Under the pieces are notes generated by a model that saw only the letters and a program-made list of their open reading frames with translations, ran no database searches and was not told the origin of the DNA. 64,000 nucleotides of DNA from Gnetum montanum. Taxonomy: Eukaryota > Plantae > Gnetophyta. Shown here piece after piece: positions 39,996 to 52,650 of the stretch. The DNA lies in contig MNCI01002172.1 in NCBI GenBank assembly GCA_015680685.1, forward strand, positions 596,507-660,506, given 5' to 3'. The position numbers and the translations under genes were made by a program. The stretch's first letter is position 1. Each line of letters starts with the position of its first letter.

Positions 39996-42900
39996 ATGGC
40001 GCCGAAGACCAAAGGAAAACATGTCAAATTGGCAAATATTGATGAAGTGCAGGAGAGTTTGCAGTGGGTTTTGAAGGCTAGGGTCGAAACGCGGGAGGCT
40101 ACTCCACTCACCTAGTAAGTCACCTTTTACCCTCCTGCATGATTGTTATTTTTGTTGTTATGGCATCACAATTGTACCTATTTTAAAGATGTGTCTTATG
40201 TCAGGCGTTGATACTTGGTTGCGTGGGCTAAGCTATTGTAATTTATGATATTACCCCTATTGCCATTGTTAGAGATAGACCTTGTGTAGTTGTAAGGGTT
40301 AGGGTGATCTTGGGTAACACTGTGCGAACACAATGCATAATTGGAGGAGTCCAGGTACTATACCCTTATGTAGTATAAATAGGATTCTGTTGTCTCGCCC
40401 ATAATGGTTGCATGTTACGTTGGGGTAATATGCGGTGTTACTTTTATCACCATTTTCAGGGATAGACCTTGTGTTGTCACAAGGGTTTGGGTGATTTTGG
40501 TAATGCATTTCTAGCGTAACCTGGTATTTTCTAGGGGTTAAGGTAACGGAAACTTTAGTGTTGCGTGATGGATTTTTATGCGCCTTTTTTTTATTTGTTT
40601 TGCTCTTATGTTGTTAGTATGTCTACATTGCTTTTCCTAATGGTAGTGTGTTTTATTGTAAAGGATTACGCTAAAGCTCGTCTTGATTGTCTTGGACATT
40701 GTGGGTGTTCTGTGCTGTTTACATGTCCCCGTGGCCAATGTTTCTCCTCCTCATGGTCGTGTAAAGGAGGAGGCGATTTGGTTCCGAAGAGGTGCACAGG
40801 AGTTTTTGTAGTTTTTATTGCATAATTTCAGCATAATTATTTGGTTGCATCTACCGTCCGAGACAGCAACCACCATTCTAGAGATGCTACTGGTTAGATC
40901 GACGCAGAGCATCTTGACATTTTTGGTGGATGACTTAATCGAAACCGTGCAGGTGCTAGACTACGAACAAAGCACCAAGGGTTTGAGGTGTTTGTCTTGG
41001 ATCTAGGATATGCTTAGGTTTAATTGTTATCATACCTACAACACTCTATTCGTGGCTCATCATATTACAACTACTTCCAGAATCCACTTGGCATTGTGTA
41101 TTATATAGGCAGGTAAGTGTTTCCATGGCGTTATGATATGCTAACCATTGTTTGAATTTGTGTCAAGTATAAAAAATTGTCTAGATTATGTGATGTAGGT
41201 TCTTCATCAATAAGGATGGTCTCTAGGGTGATACAAATATGTTGTCTATGGCCGAAACTGCCATAAAGGAATTCACCTCTATTAGCAATGTACGTGCTGG
41301 TGTTATGGGACCATTAGAATTTGAAATCCCACATTACCCTACTCGCTATGTCGAATTCTTCTCCAAGTGTAAAAGACTTGGATGGCTAAATAAGGAATGG
41401 ACTTTGGATCATCCTCTCACTGTCGTGGACGTGCAAGAGAAAATCCCATCGTTTCCTTTGCCTTTCAGATGTGGTAAATCACGCTATGGTGGTTCATTGT
41501 ACAATCTTACGGGATGGAAACAATGTATAAAATCATTTTATTTTACTATATTGTCTAAACCTTTATTTTATGTTTATAGTTAGGGAATCACGGGAGGTCA
41601 CGGTTATGGCCTCCGGGCATAAAGCGAATAGTCTTTTGTTTCGTTATGGTGACATAAAAGAAACGGAACGTTGGCTCAGCCATAGTGCGGCCCTAGCTAT
41701 CCTAACCAATAACTTCCAGGAAGCTGGACTAATGGAGCTATTTTTGGCTGTAACCCCTGACGTCACCGTGGGCGAAATGTTAACCCTAGTTAACTCCTTC
41801 AATGAAGAAGATGAGCATCTTTACATACACGTGCATAATGTGCATGTAAGTTTTGATATTGATGCTCAACTATTCACCGACTTCTTTGGCATTCCCTCCA
41901 ATGGCCTTCTAGTAGAAGAAAAGTCAAAGAGGAGTTCTAAGCACCAGAAGGAGATAGAGGAGTGGCTAGGGGTTAAAAAAGAAAGTGAAAGGAATCCTTG
42001 CTAATAAAATCAAGCTGGAGGTGGCTCATACTATTTATCCCCTCTTTAGAGCCCGCGCCTTTTCCAAGTTGCTCTCCCAAGGAAGAATCCTTACCATAGA
42101 GTAGGCTTGGAGCATGCGGGAGGTCATGGAGGAGGGAACACGGTATAATTGGGCTAGCTACTTTGCTGAAGGCCTACAGGCTGAAATGGTCAAGCTTCGC
42201 AAGAAGCTTGAGTCTCGCTTCAACGTGCATTTTGCCTTCTTTATAGCTTGCTTTCGACGTTTTGCCGAATTCCTGGTGGTTCAAAGGGATGGAATCTAGG
42301 TGCAGCAAGATCGTAACTATATTTCCAAACCATGGATTTCTCAGGTTTTTAGCACCACCCGATCATAAGATCCCCTTAAAGGCATTGGGGGATTCGCTTT
42401 CACTTATGACTAAGAATTTGGTGGCGCCTCATACGCGGGGCCAGGACAACGTGGGTGGAGCGCTCCCTTCTTACACTGGTAGTGTATCGAGGGGGAAATG
42501 CCTAGCAGAAGAAATAGTGAGTTCATCAGTCCAGTGGAAAACACATCATTCGACCGTGGAGTCTACTGGTCTGACTAACGCAGAGGAAAAGAGGCTGAAA
42601 ATTAGATTTCACAGGAACGATCCCCTAGCTGGTAAGTAGAGAGATGTGTAATTAGTTTATACATGTATTACGCCATGTATAGACGTGGTGTGGCGTAGTG
42701 TTTGTAATTGTTTCGACTAACTATTTTTTAGCAGACAAAGGAAAAAATGTAGAGGAGTTGACCCCTGAAATAGGGGCAATAGTCATACGATGTGAAGAAG
42801 GGACCCCAATTTTGGAAAAGGAGGCCCTTATTAGTAATGTAGGTGGTACACAGTTCTTGTGCCTGAAGAAGAGATGGAAGTAGAGGATGTCAAAGTCCTT

Positions 42901-43005
42901 TCGGATGAGTTGGAAAAAAAGGAGCAGTTTGTCATTAGTGAGTTTGAATTTTTCCCAGAGGGCAACCTCACGTTACTACCTTTGAAGGTTTTATTGAATT
43001 GAGTT
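39996..43005 (+). pseudogene. Antisense multi-exon cargo gene of element B: FCP1/NIF (HAD) phosphatase-like domain plus plant-transposon/PMD-like domain; exons ~39996-40114, ~40664-41112, 41199-41473, 41580-42631, 42732-~43005 (3'-truncated)
   Basis: TTTATAAG at ~39868 and ACCATGGCG start (MAPKTKGK). GTAAGT/GTAAAT donors have phase-compatible acceptors. Exons 2-3 read KLVLIVLDIVGVL..IWFRRGAQEFL*FLLHNFSIIIW..LSWI*D..YNTLFV..NPLG..GDTNML..SNVR, in NIF motif order. Exon 4 reads LVNSF..IDAQLFTDFFGIPSNG..GTRYNWASYFAEGL. Contains a few stops and frameshifts. Confidence 0.75.
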
Positions 43006-46000
43006 TTGTGTCCCTATTAAATGACTTCAAACATGACATTGTCATGGGACTGATCTGGTCGATCAAGCCTAGTTTATCCACTATGGGGTATGGAATGACA
43101 TTGGCAGCTGCCCCGTCCTCTATATGTACTCTCTAGATTCGATATTTGCCAACCTGGATAGTGATGAACATAGGTGCTGTTGTCACTTGACCCTTTTCTG
43201 GGTCATCTTTAATGGATTCATCATGAAAAGTTAGTAAGGAAGGCCTAGGTTGTTCAGTGGCAAGGGGAAGCATGATGGAGTGGATCGCTTCTTCATTCAC
43301 TGGTAGGCTTTCGTCCACAGATATGGACGTTAACATGCGAACCATGGCCTCACGATGCTTTTGTGATGTCATCAGCAAGTCATAGAGGCTCAATGTTGTA
43401 TTTTTTGTTTCAGAGCCTACTTAACTTGCGTAAAAGCATTGAGGAGATGACGTCCATGTTCTGGTTGTTTATCACCCTTCTCTTCTTCCATTCGTCCTAA
43501 GAGACGAATCTCTTAGGGAGAAACGATTTCTGGTTGAGGGCTACGTTTTCTTGGGTTGGGAGGAGATGGTTGCATTTGCGTAGCGTCATCTTTTTTTGAG
43601 GGTGAGGCCAAGGGCACCAATGCGATAGGCTTAGGCTTGGGAAATCCCAGCATAAGGCAGTCCTTGGCTATATCAATTGTCATATGCCCTTCTCCTTTCT
43701 TGTTAGGTTGTGAATGGGACATTGACTTAGAGGGTTGCCCTTGCGTAGCAAGAGCAACTGACAACTTTGGCACCCTAATGAGAAAGGGTGCCTTAGGTGT
43801 GGATGTGAGCTAGGCCATGGCTTTACCAATAGTGGGCTGTGGGACGATGGTAGGAGATGGGAACCGGAGAACGAAGGGTTATCGTTGAACCACGCCCATC
43901 GATGTTGATGTGTTTGTCATCTGAGATAGGTGAGGAGGTACATGCAGCACAAAAGGTTATTTTGGCTGTGCTTGGCCATCACCTTCTATACCCACTACAT
44001 TGATAGTGTACCCTGCGTTATTCATGTTTAGTGAGTCTTGGTACACATGCATGGATTGATTCTCTGGACGGATCAGACTACTACGGTCTAAGATTAGTTT
44101 ACCTTGATTGATCATGCATTGAATGTCATCTTTCAACGCCCAGTAGTAATCCGTGTCGTGACCACACCGCTGGTGATAGTCATAGAAATAGTCCAGTCTA
44201 AAATTTTTGGGGACTGGCGGTTCGTTTGACAAGGCCAAGGAGGGATTCTTGAGCAATTCACAATGTCTTCTGTGGCATTTCAGACCCTTCTCGGATACCT
44301 TCTTATGTTGAATATGGCCAGTTCCTAGTAATTACTTCAGAAGTTCTGAAGGCTTTACAGGTAGAGCTGCATATTTTGAACGGTCTTTACACTCAAAATT
44401 AGGCTTTGGCTATGGAGGTGCTTCATGGGTGGATGGAGTTTCTTGATCGGTGCTATTTGAGTTGGTTGTGGGTTCAACAGGTTCCATAGATACTTTCTTG
44501 TTATTTTTTTTCTTCTTGGCCTCCTTGGTAATCGTTGCTACTGTCGTTGTCGTAGCTTTGCCTTTGTCTTTACCCTTGCTATGGGCATTTTTGTAGGCCA
44601 CATATGCTAGGTCTTTGCTAGCCTCTGCCGTGTCTTAGATGATCTTACTTTGAGCGAAGGCTTGGCTAAGAGAGCAGGGAGTGAGGTAATATAGCTTAGA
44701 CTTGATAAAGTCGTTAACTTCCCCCTTGAATATTGCCAACAGATGGGCCTCTGCAATGGGTTCACAGATTTCATTCAAGGTGGTGCTCCACAACTGTATA
44801 AACTTTTGAACCAACTTGAGTGGGTCTTGCTTGACTCCCATGAGTTGATCTAGCATGACTTCTAGTTTCAGGTTGTACTTGAAACAAGTCACAAACTGAG
44901 TTAACAGCTCTTCCAAAGTTGAGATGGAAGAACGTGGGAGTGCTCGATACGAGTCTAAAGCTTTACCCATTAGGGACATAGCAAAAACATGGATGATGGT
45001 ATGTGGCCATTGTTGCAATAACAATGACTTTGACCTAAAAGTAACTAGATGGGCGTTGGGATCGCCTTCCCCATTGTATTTTGTAAAATGGGGGAGTGGC
45101 ATCCCAGGAGGTAATGACAAAATAGGCACTATCAGACTAATAGAATTGTCATGGTAAAAATCCATGACCTGTATTATATTGGAACCAACAGCCTTGAGGC
45201 ATTTAACTTCCTCAGTAAGGGTCTGAATAAGCTGGAAGGCTTGATCCAAACCCATAGATGAAGAGGTCATTTGTGGAACGGTAGGAGGAGCCATGCTAGG
45301 TGGTAGAATAGGGGTGGCAGCTTGGCCGATGTGCGATGCTATCAAAATTATCCCTACAGGTGGTGCCGCTTGTGGCATCCACCACCTGGTAGGTGGCACG
45401 GATGGGGCGACCACCGTCAATTGCACCATGGGATATGCTATTTGTGTGGATGAGGGCATAGACGATGACCCTGTAGCGGGGTTTAGTGCCTACGAGATTT
45501 TGTGTTGATGATGAGGGAGATGGGACATCTATATAGGATGCGCAATGAGGGACATGTTTGGAATCCACATGCTGTAGTGGTGGGTCTTGTCGTGTGAGTC
45601 AGGATGAATGAAGACGCTGTATGTAATTGCGAAGTAGGTATTGCGTGTACATATGGTGACATGGGCGCAAGTGTAGGATGAGATGGATTAGCTAACTGTG
45701 GCTGCTAAGGAATGATTTGTGATGGGGCACCACCTGGAAGGGTAGTTGGAGAGAGAAAATGTAGCTGGGGTGAATGCGGAACTTGGTTAACATTAGATAA
45801 TGTCAAGGGCGTGGTGATCATGAATAATGGATTTACATAGGACATCGTAGAGGGAGGGGCCATAGCCAAATCAGCATGATTGCCTCCCTCGGAGTGGGAA
45901 TCTAGATCGTCCTGGCTGTCATGAAGTGCTTTGTCATGGAACAACTCCTCTCGTTGTTTTGTTGATGCCTTAGCCATCAGCATTTGATCTAAGATCCACT

Positions 46001-46313
46001 GTTATTGATTTTTCAAGGGCACAGTGGTGTTAGGTGAAGGAATAAATTCCTTCCTATTGCAGTATATGAACTCATATTCTCGTTTTTCTTCAAGTTCTTG
46101 TGGGTACATGGGCAGATTTGCCGCAAGTTTGGCATAGAGGAAATTGTAATGCTCCTTGTGCTGAGTGTGTCCCTCAGGATCTTTATTTTGAAGCCTGAGG
46201 GATTGACGTGGTCGCACCAGACTAGTTGGCGGCTCGACCATAAGAGACGTGACTTGTAGAGTCCAAGGATTTTTGCGATTAGCAGTGTCAACAACGGTGG
46301 TTGATGCAGCCAT
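43005..46313 (-). pseudogene. gag and N-terminal half of protease of element B
   Basis: Retrotrans_gag-like LPHFTKYNGEGDPNAHL; YHQRCGHDTDY knuckle variant; SLYDLLMTS linker. The protease RVHIEDGAAANVIP is truncated after SFNRDT. Confidence 0.9.
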
Positions 46314-46547
46314 TCTCTATGTAGTTTGAGAGTAATGATGACAAGGATAAAGATCGCAAGGGCAAAGGATCACAAGGGCAAAGGCAAAGTAAGGTGAAAA
46401 TGGGCTTTCTACCCTGTAGGATTCCAAAGGAATCGTCGAAGCGACCGCTCTACACCACACAATCTCGTAAACAACCACAGAGGTATTATGTTTACGTCAA
46501 TCGAAAATGGGTATAGATAGCTTACAGAAATACCCGTAAAATGTAGA

Positions 46548-46577
46548 TCGGAGGTTTAGGCCCTCCTTCTAGTGCCA
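46548..46577 (-). promoter_or_regulatory. Primer binding site, tRNA-Asn(GTT) type, with extended T-arm match
   Basis: The + strand TCGGAGGTTTAGGCCCTCCTTCTAGTGCCA resembles the 3' end of plant tRNA-Asn. It lies 6 nt from the 5' LTR. Confidence 0.8.
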
Positions 46578-46583
46578 GAAAAC

Positions 46584-47798
46584 TATAACGATAGAAAATG
46601 TCAATCGCTGGAAATACCGAGCAAAGTTCCATGTACATAGTTCCAACCTTGGATCCGTGCGAGGGCCGTGCTGGAGAAAACGAATCTGAGGTGCCCTGAA
46701 CGGTCTTGTTGATCATATAGGGACTTAATTAGTAAATTTTATGATAACTGGATTATAACATAACGATTTTGACGAGGAGATATGATATCGGTAATCTCAA
46801 AGGCAACAAGAACGATGTGAATGATTCAAAGGAATAGCAAAACCTATGTAGATAGGATGCAATAAATTGAATATAGAGAATGTGCAATCCCGAGATCTGG
46901 GATTTAGTTTATAAAAAAATATGTTGAATACAATGATTACAAGGAGAGTTCGGTTTAGACGAAGCACATGCCAAGAACAGGAAAGCTATTCAAAGATGAA
47001 ACAAACAAAGGTCGATCTACCTTGTTCTAGCCAATCTGGGCGCAAGGGAGTCAGACCCGAAGCAGAATATCTGCTAACTGGAAGTTTCTGATAAAAAGCT
47101 CTTGTCGGTTGCCTTTGACGTTCTTTTGACTGCTGATCCTCTATTGCTCTCTTACTAGTCTTCGCTAAAAATTGTCAACAATTGCTAATGAAAGAAAATT
47201 TCTCCTGGAGGAAATTTTGCGGACCAAAATTTTTTTTTTGCCAACCCCTTAATCATTGTCAACTAGAGTATTTATAAGGTTAGGGTCAGGAGAAAAATGT
47301 GATTTAGATGATGCGTGTCCTGAACCTACAAAATGTCGTTGACTTGGTACGTTTTTGTTTGAAGCTTGTGGCGCCACGTTGCATCACGCTTTGAAGCGTA
47401 GTGTGTCGTAATCTACCCTTGCTAGAGCTTTGGTAACAAACTATCCTTCGGTTACACTATAATATGCTGGAGAGCATATCTTGGCATAAGAACCCCCAAT
47501 GCCTGAATATTGCTATTTCAATTATCTGCTTGCATTACGCTGCGTTATGCTACATTACGCTGCATAGCGTAACTCGGTGTAACATAGCGAACCTGCAAAA
47601 TTGAAGTGTTGTCACTGCACATCCCTTGTTTCTGTTCAGTCTTTTTGGGGTCTATTACGCTGCGCTACATAATGTGGTGTAACAGGACCTTAGTCGAAAA
47701 AAGGAAAACTTGCTGAGATGTGCGACATGTTACAGATCCTTGCCTGAGCCTCAAGATTTTGCTAAACCATTGAGGTCTCGAAATTTCACGGTGTTTTA
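46584..47798 (-). repeat. 5' LTR of element B (1215 bp)
   Basis: Colinear with 33181-34399 and followed by the TSD copy GCAAC. Confidence 0.95.
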
Positions 47799-48197
47799 GC
47801 AACAAGATGCAAAGTAGAAAAGATATAACTTGTTAAAGCATTTAAAAAAAAGGGAACATAATAAAAACATGAACTCGATCCACAGTAAATTTGGATGATA
47901 CTAGAGATAGAAGGCCTAAAGACAAGAAAACCTAGATTACAATAAAAAGAGGAGATCATGAACTTACAAAAGGATGTTCTAAGATATGTACTAGGGATTA
48001 GAGGTATCTGATGAGGAGTTGCATTACCCCATTCTTTCTTTGATGTGTATACTTGATGCAAATCTCGCATCAATAATGGTAGATTCAATAGCTAATAAAG
48101 TAAAGGGATAGATTAGATCAATGTAATGACTTGATTTCAAGTAATTTCTTCATGTGTAAAGAGGATAACACAAAGGAGATACAATGTGTCATTAGGA

Positions 48198-48200
<3 letters not shown>

Positions 48201-48238
<38 letters not shown>
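48201..48238. repeat. (AG)19 microsatellite
   Basis: Read directly from the sequence. Confidence 0.97.
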
Positions 48239-48241
<3 letters not shown>

Positions 48242-51200
48242 CTATTTTGCACAGAGGTAGAGTCTTTGAAAGGAGTTTTCCAAATTACCAATCATAAGAA
48301 TATTAACTATGTTGAGTAGTAGGGATGATTGAAAATGCTAAGTAGATCTCCAAAAGCTCAAGGATGAAGAATGTTAATCATAATGTCTGAAAAGACAACC
48401 CCTTTCTATTTAGGGATATCCTCCTATTTATAGGCCAAAAATGCTTCGTAGGTTTTGTAGAAATGATGCATTGGGGTCCATAGAATCTTTTAGAAGGTTC
48501 TAGAAGCTTATGGATAAGAGAATTAATGTATAGATAGTTTAATATGAGGATTGATGTTGAACATTGAACGTTGGATTAACACTGAGCATCGAACAGTTGT
48601 TATGCTATGACAATGAGATTTTATGTTAGATGTCAAAAGTAGATCTAACACAAGATATCAAATGCTGAAGATAGAATCAATGCTAGAGTTGACATTGGAT
48701 GTTGAAACTAGCAGAAGAGTTGAAATGATGTTGTTGATGACATGAAATGTCATTTCTAAGAAGTTGATGTTGTAGACTTAGAAACCATAATGTAGATGAG
48801 GCAAGATATTGAATTTAAACTATTGACGATTTCCTTAATTATAAAAGCCATAGAATTTACCTAAGACTTTGACTTATGTAGAAAAATCCAAAGTGGGTAC
48901 AACATTGTTTCCTCTTGATGGATACTACGGAAAAGCTAAAGTAGAATTCATCAATAAAAGACATGACCTGGTAAGTACTTGTAAGAGGATTAAATGAAGC
49001 AAGGTAAATGGGAAGAAAGTCTAGGATACCAATATACCTACAATAGAGTGCTACACCATAGAATGTAAATAAAATGCTCCCTGATGCACTTAATTCTTTC
49101 AATTACATCCTAACTAGAATAGAGTAGAGATACTTGTTTGGCCTCATCAATGTAGAGCATAGAAAAAAGAAAGGGATAGAGAAAGAAAGGGAGATAGCAA
49201 AAAGCAAAAAGTGAAAGTAATAAAGCATAGGGGAAGCATGTTAGGGACATCACCAATACACAAATGGTAGAATGTTGTATCACATAAATAGGACACAGCT
49301 AGACCCCTAAAGCTAACCTTTTACTTACCTTACTCATATGTAGATTTCACATTTCTTACATCACTCTACACTTAAGACTTCCTCACTAGATCGAGGAAGA
49401 GACACTCATTCAACTAACTAATGTTGAATATAGAGAGGAGTAAACATAAATGAGGAGAGAGAATTAGAGGAAGAATAGAAAAATAGAGTACAAGTGAGTA
49501 GAAATTAGAGTACATGAAGGTAGATAACAAAAAAGCGAGAGGAGAAAAGAGGATATGACCCATACACCTATCATGAGGATAGTGCTATGTCATATAAGTG
49601 GGGGCATGGCTAAATCCTACACATTATATGGCTGAAAAAGATGTCATATATACTATCAAAGTAATAACTCCTTGTCCCACTCAAAAAATACACTCAATCA
49701 CATCCTCACATAAAACAATGAGATATTTAGTCACTTAAAAACCTCACTAGTTGCACTAAGCACATTGAATAGAAATAGATAAATAGTATAGGGAAGTATG
49801 AAGAAAATATCTAGAGAAATAGTAGAGTATGAGATAGAGAAAGGATTAGCAAAATAATGCAAGCATAATAGGGTTTAGAAAAAACCTATTATCTCAACAT
49901 AGTATGTATCTTGTTGTAGTAAATAGCAAAATGATGCTAGGACACTCATTCAATCTTGAATAGTTAGTAGGTTCAATGTTGTAAAGTGGCTACATGTAGT
50001 AGCACTTGAGGAAGCTACTATTAACTAATGTTCTTTTTGATCAAACAACATGCAAGCATCATTTTGTAGAGACTAAACCACTAGGAAAGGACCCTACCAA
50101 TTAGGAGAAAACTTTGTATTTATGGAATTCAAAAAATGACAAAGAACCACATTGATCAATCTAAGGAATTTAGTAGCAGCATGGAAGATTTGAGGAAGGA
50201 AGCATTAAACCAATAAGTGATAGTACCAAAGAGAGTACTGCAAGACGTTAAAAGAGAATAAAATTTTATTTTTATATAGTGAAACAAGGAGCATGTTTAT
50301 TAAACACACCAAGTTGAAAGAATTTTTTAAGGATTTTACAAATTATGTGATGACTACCATACCAAAAAGAAGGGAAAATGGGCCATGAATAGGAACCTAT
50401 AATAGAAGAGAAAGATGATGATATCTTTCCAAAGAAGCTAAAGGCTTATGAGGAAGAGTTGGAAACTATTCTATCAAAGATTCCAAGCTCAGCATTTGCT
50501 AGATTAGACACAACCAACTTGAGCTTGAAGAAGATAAAATAGTGAATCCTAGTTATATACTAAGAGACACAAGGTAAGCATTAAAACATTAGGTAACCAT
50601 TATATTTTATTTTATGAGGGATAAAATAAAATAAAACTAAATTTTTTATCTTGACTTTATGTGCAAACCCTAGAGAAAGCATCCAAAGATTAGCGGAATA
50701 GTAAACTCTAATGAAAACTGATGAACAAATAGAGGAGGAAGTTGTTGAAAAAGAATAAGACTGTTAAGCATCATTTTTACATTTTTTTGGGCTCTATATC
50801 ATATGTGTTTAGCACAAAGATTTGGGATAAAACATTAAGTGTGTTTGATGTTAACATAAGATGTTACATCAAAAGTTTGACATGCATTAATTGTACAAGA
50901 GTTTAAGACAATAAATGTTTTTTTTCTTCATGTTAATTTTGACTTAGCCATCTTTTGCATATTGATAGTTAGAATTAACATGATATGTCAAAGCTAACAA
51001 CCACCTCTTAACTTAACATTTTCCACTAACAATAATTGATTAAGAAAAATAGACTAAGTAAAGCATAACATCAACTTTATTTACTAATCATCATTGCTTG
51101 ATGATAGCAAACTATAAAAAATACTTAAAAAGGAAATTCTAATAGGTGCTAGTAGATGTCCATTACTTAGTGATAAAAAAAATAATTTTGTGAAGTAGCT

Positions 51201-51249
51201 TACGCATTTAAGGTTATTGTATCTATAATGAAATTTTGAATATTTGAAT

Positions 51250-52640
51250 AAGGATAAGGAAAATTCTTCTTCTCAAGTGAGGATATGTCTAATTCTCTTA
51301 AGCCTAAGTCAACAAACTCAACGTTAAAATTAGACTAGTTGTCCAAGTTTATAGAATCCGAAGTAACGTTAGAATTCTTAGGAGAAATAGAAACTATAAG
51401 TTTTCCTACATGTTCAAGTGTGATATTAGCTACTTTGTTACTAACCTGATAAGATTGAGCTTCTTGGTCTAGACGAGAAACATTTAGGATTTATTTGTCT
51501 ATAGAGATAATTATCTCATGGTTATGAATAGGGATGTGTATCTCCTAGTGTATAGAAGAAGATACATCTTGATGTTGAGCTAGCTAATGATGTCTTAGTA
51601 TACCATTAACACCAAGACATTTGCATGTGACCATAAAAATGGCCTTCGATTGTATAGCATCACCTACCATGAAAGGTAATTGAATGAAGCATATAACCTC
51701 TACTCATGTGTTGTTGAATGAAAAAAGGTTAGTTCAGGTTTTATTGAAAATTATGTAATTAGGGAGACTAAAATGCTTGATAATAGCCCATGTGATAATG
51801 TTGGATTCAACATTTTCATCAACATGCATCAATGAAACTATAGCTTTTAGAGATACTTTGATGGTGATGTAGAGTGGTAGCTAACAAATATCTCACATCT
51901 TCAAGTCAATATTAATGTTTTTGCCATAGCAGTGTAAGCTATCTAATCCATAGTAAGGGAGTTGAAGGAAAGAATATATGGCTTCTGTCTAAGTAGAGAT
52001 GTTACTTGGAACCACAATTCTCTTAAGAACATCATATAGTGCAACGTAATGTTCTTTAGAGGATACCACAAGGTCATACAAGGACAAGTTAGTACCTTTA
52101 GAATAGACAAGAGTGATCATTTTCTATAAGACCTTATTGTTCATAGGCTAAGATGCTTGTACAGTAGATGCTGCTATAACTAGTGTTATAGGATTGGAAG
52201 AAGGTAGGAGGTTGCTTAAGGAAGTAGTATCATGTTGTTGCTACACAGAAACCTTCTTTGTTATCTTACAAGATTTCTTCAGTGCATCAATAATGTTCTT
52301 CTTCTATTTAGCTAAGTGTGAATTATTTGTCTATTGATTGTGGATGAGAATTTTCACGTGAGATGAAGGAAAAAAGGATGTTTAAGTTGTAGTGGATGTT
52401 TGAAGTTCAAAGTGGTGTGAAACATGATAAGAGTTGGATGGATGGGTAGAGTGAGTAAAAGTGGAATGATGTAGATTGGTAGCATGGATGTGATAGAAAG
52501 TTGGAAAGGAATGGTTTGGTTTAAATGGTGTCATAGTGTAATCAAACTAGTAGATCACATAAGGCTTCTAACATTATAGTGATGACTGCCTAAACTATTT
52601 GTAGTTAGACCAAAAAATGACATAAAGCTCTTTGGATGGA
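51250..52640 (-). pseudogene. Tat/Ogre-like element C: gag-PR linker and protease remnant
   Basis: The minus strand reads NLSLYDLVVSSKEHY (cf. SLYDLLMTSQKH in B), VDENVESNII (degenerate DxG motif) and a ..VSSSIH..IHIP protease tail. Confidence 0.65.
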
Positions 52641-52650
52641 GATTGATGAG

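Larger units (their letters stand above)
33181..47798 (-). mobile_element. Full-length Tat/Ogre-like Ty3/gypsy LTR retrotransposon (element B, 14.6 kb)
   Basis: LTRs 33181-34399 and 46584-47798; TSD GCAAT/GCAAC; tRNA-Asn PBS; PPT AAGAGGGGCCAT. Domain order is gag-PR-[insert]-RT-RH-aRH-INT. Confidence 0.95.

Noticed and set aside
40565-40825. Cys-rich 86-aa ORF (possible zinc finger)
   Set aside because: It is an alternative frame overlapping the NIF-like exon, whose frame has far better motif support.
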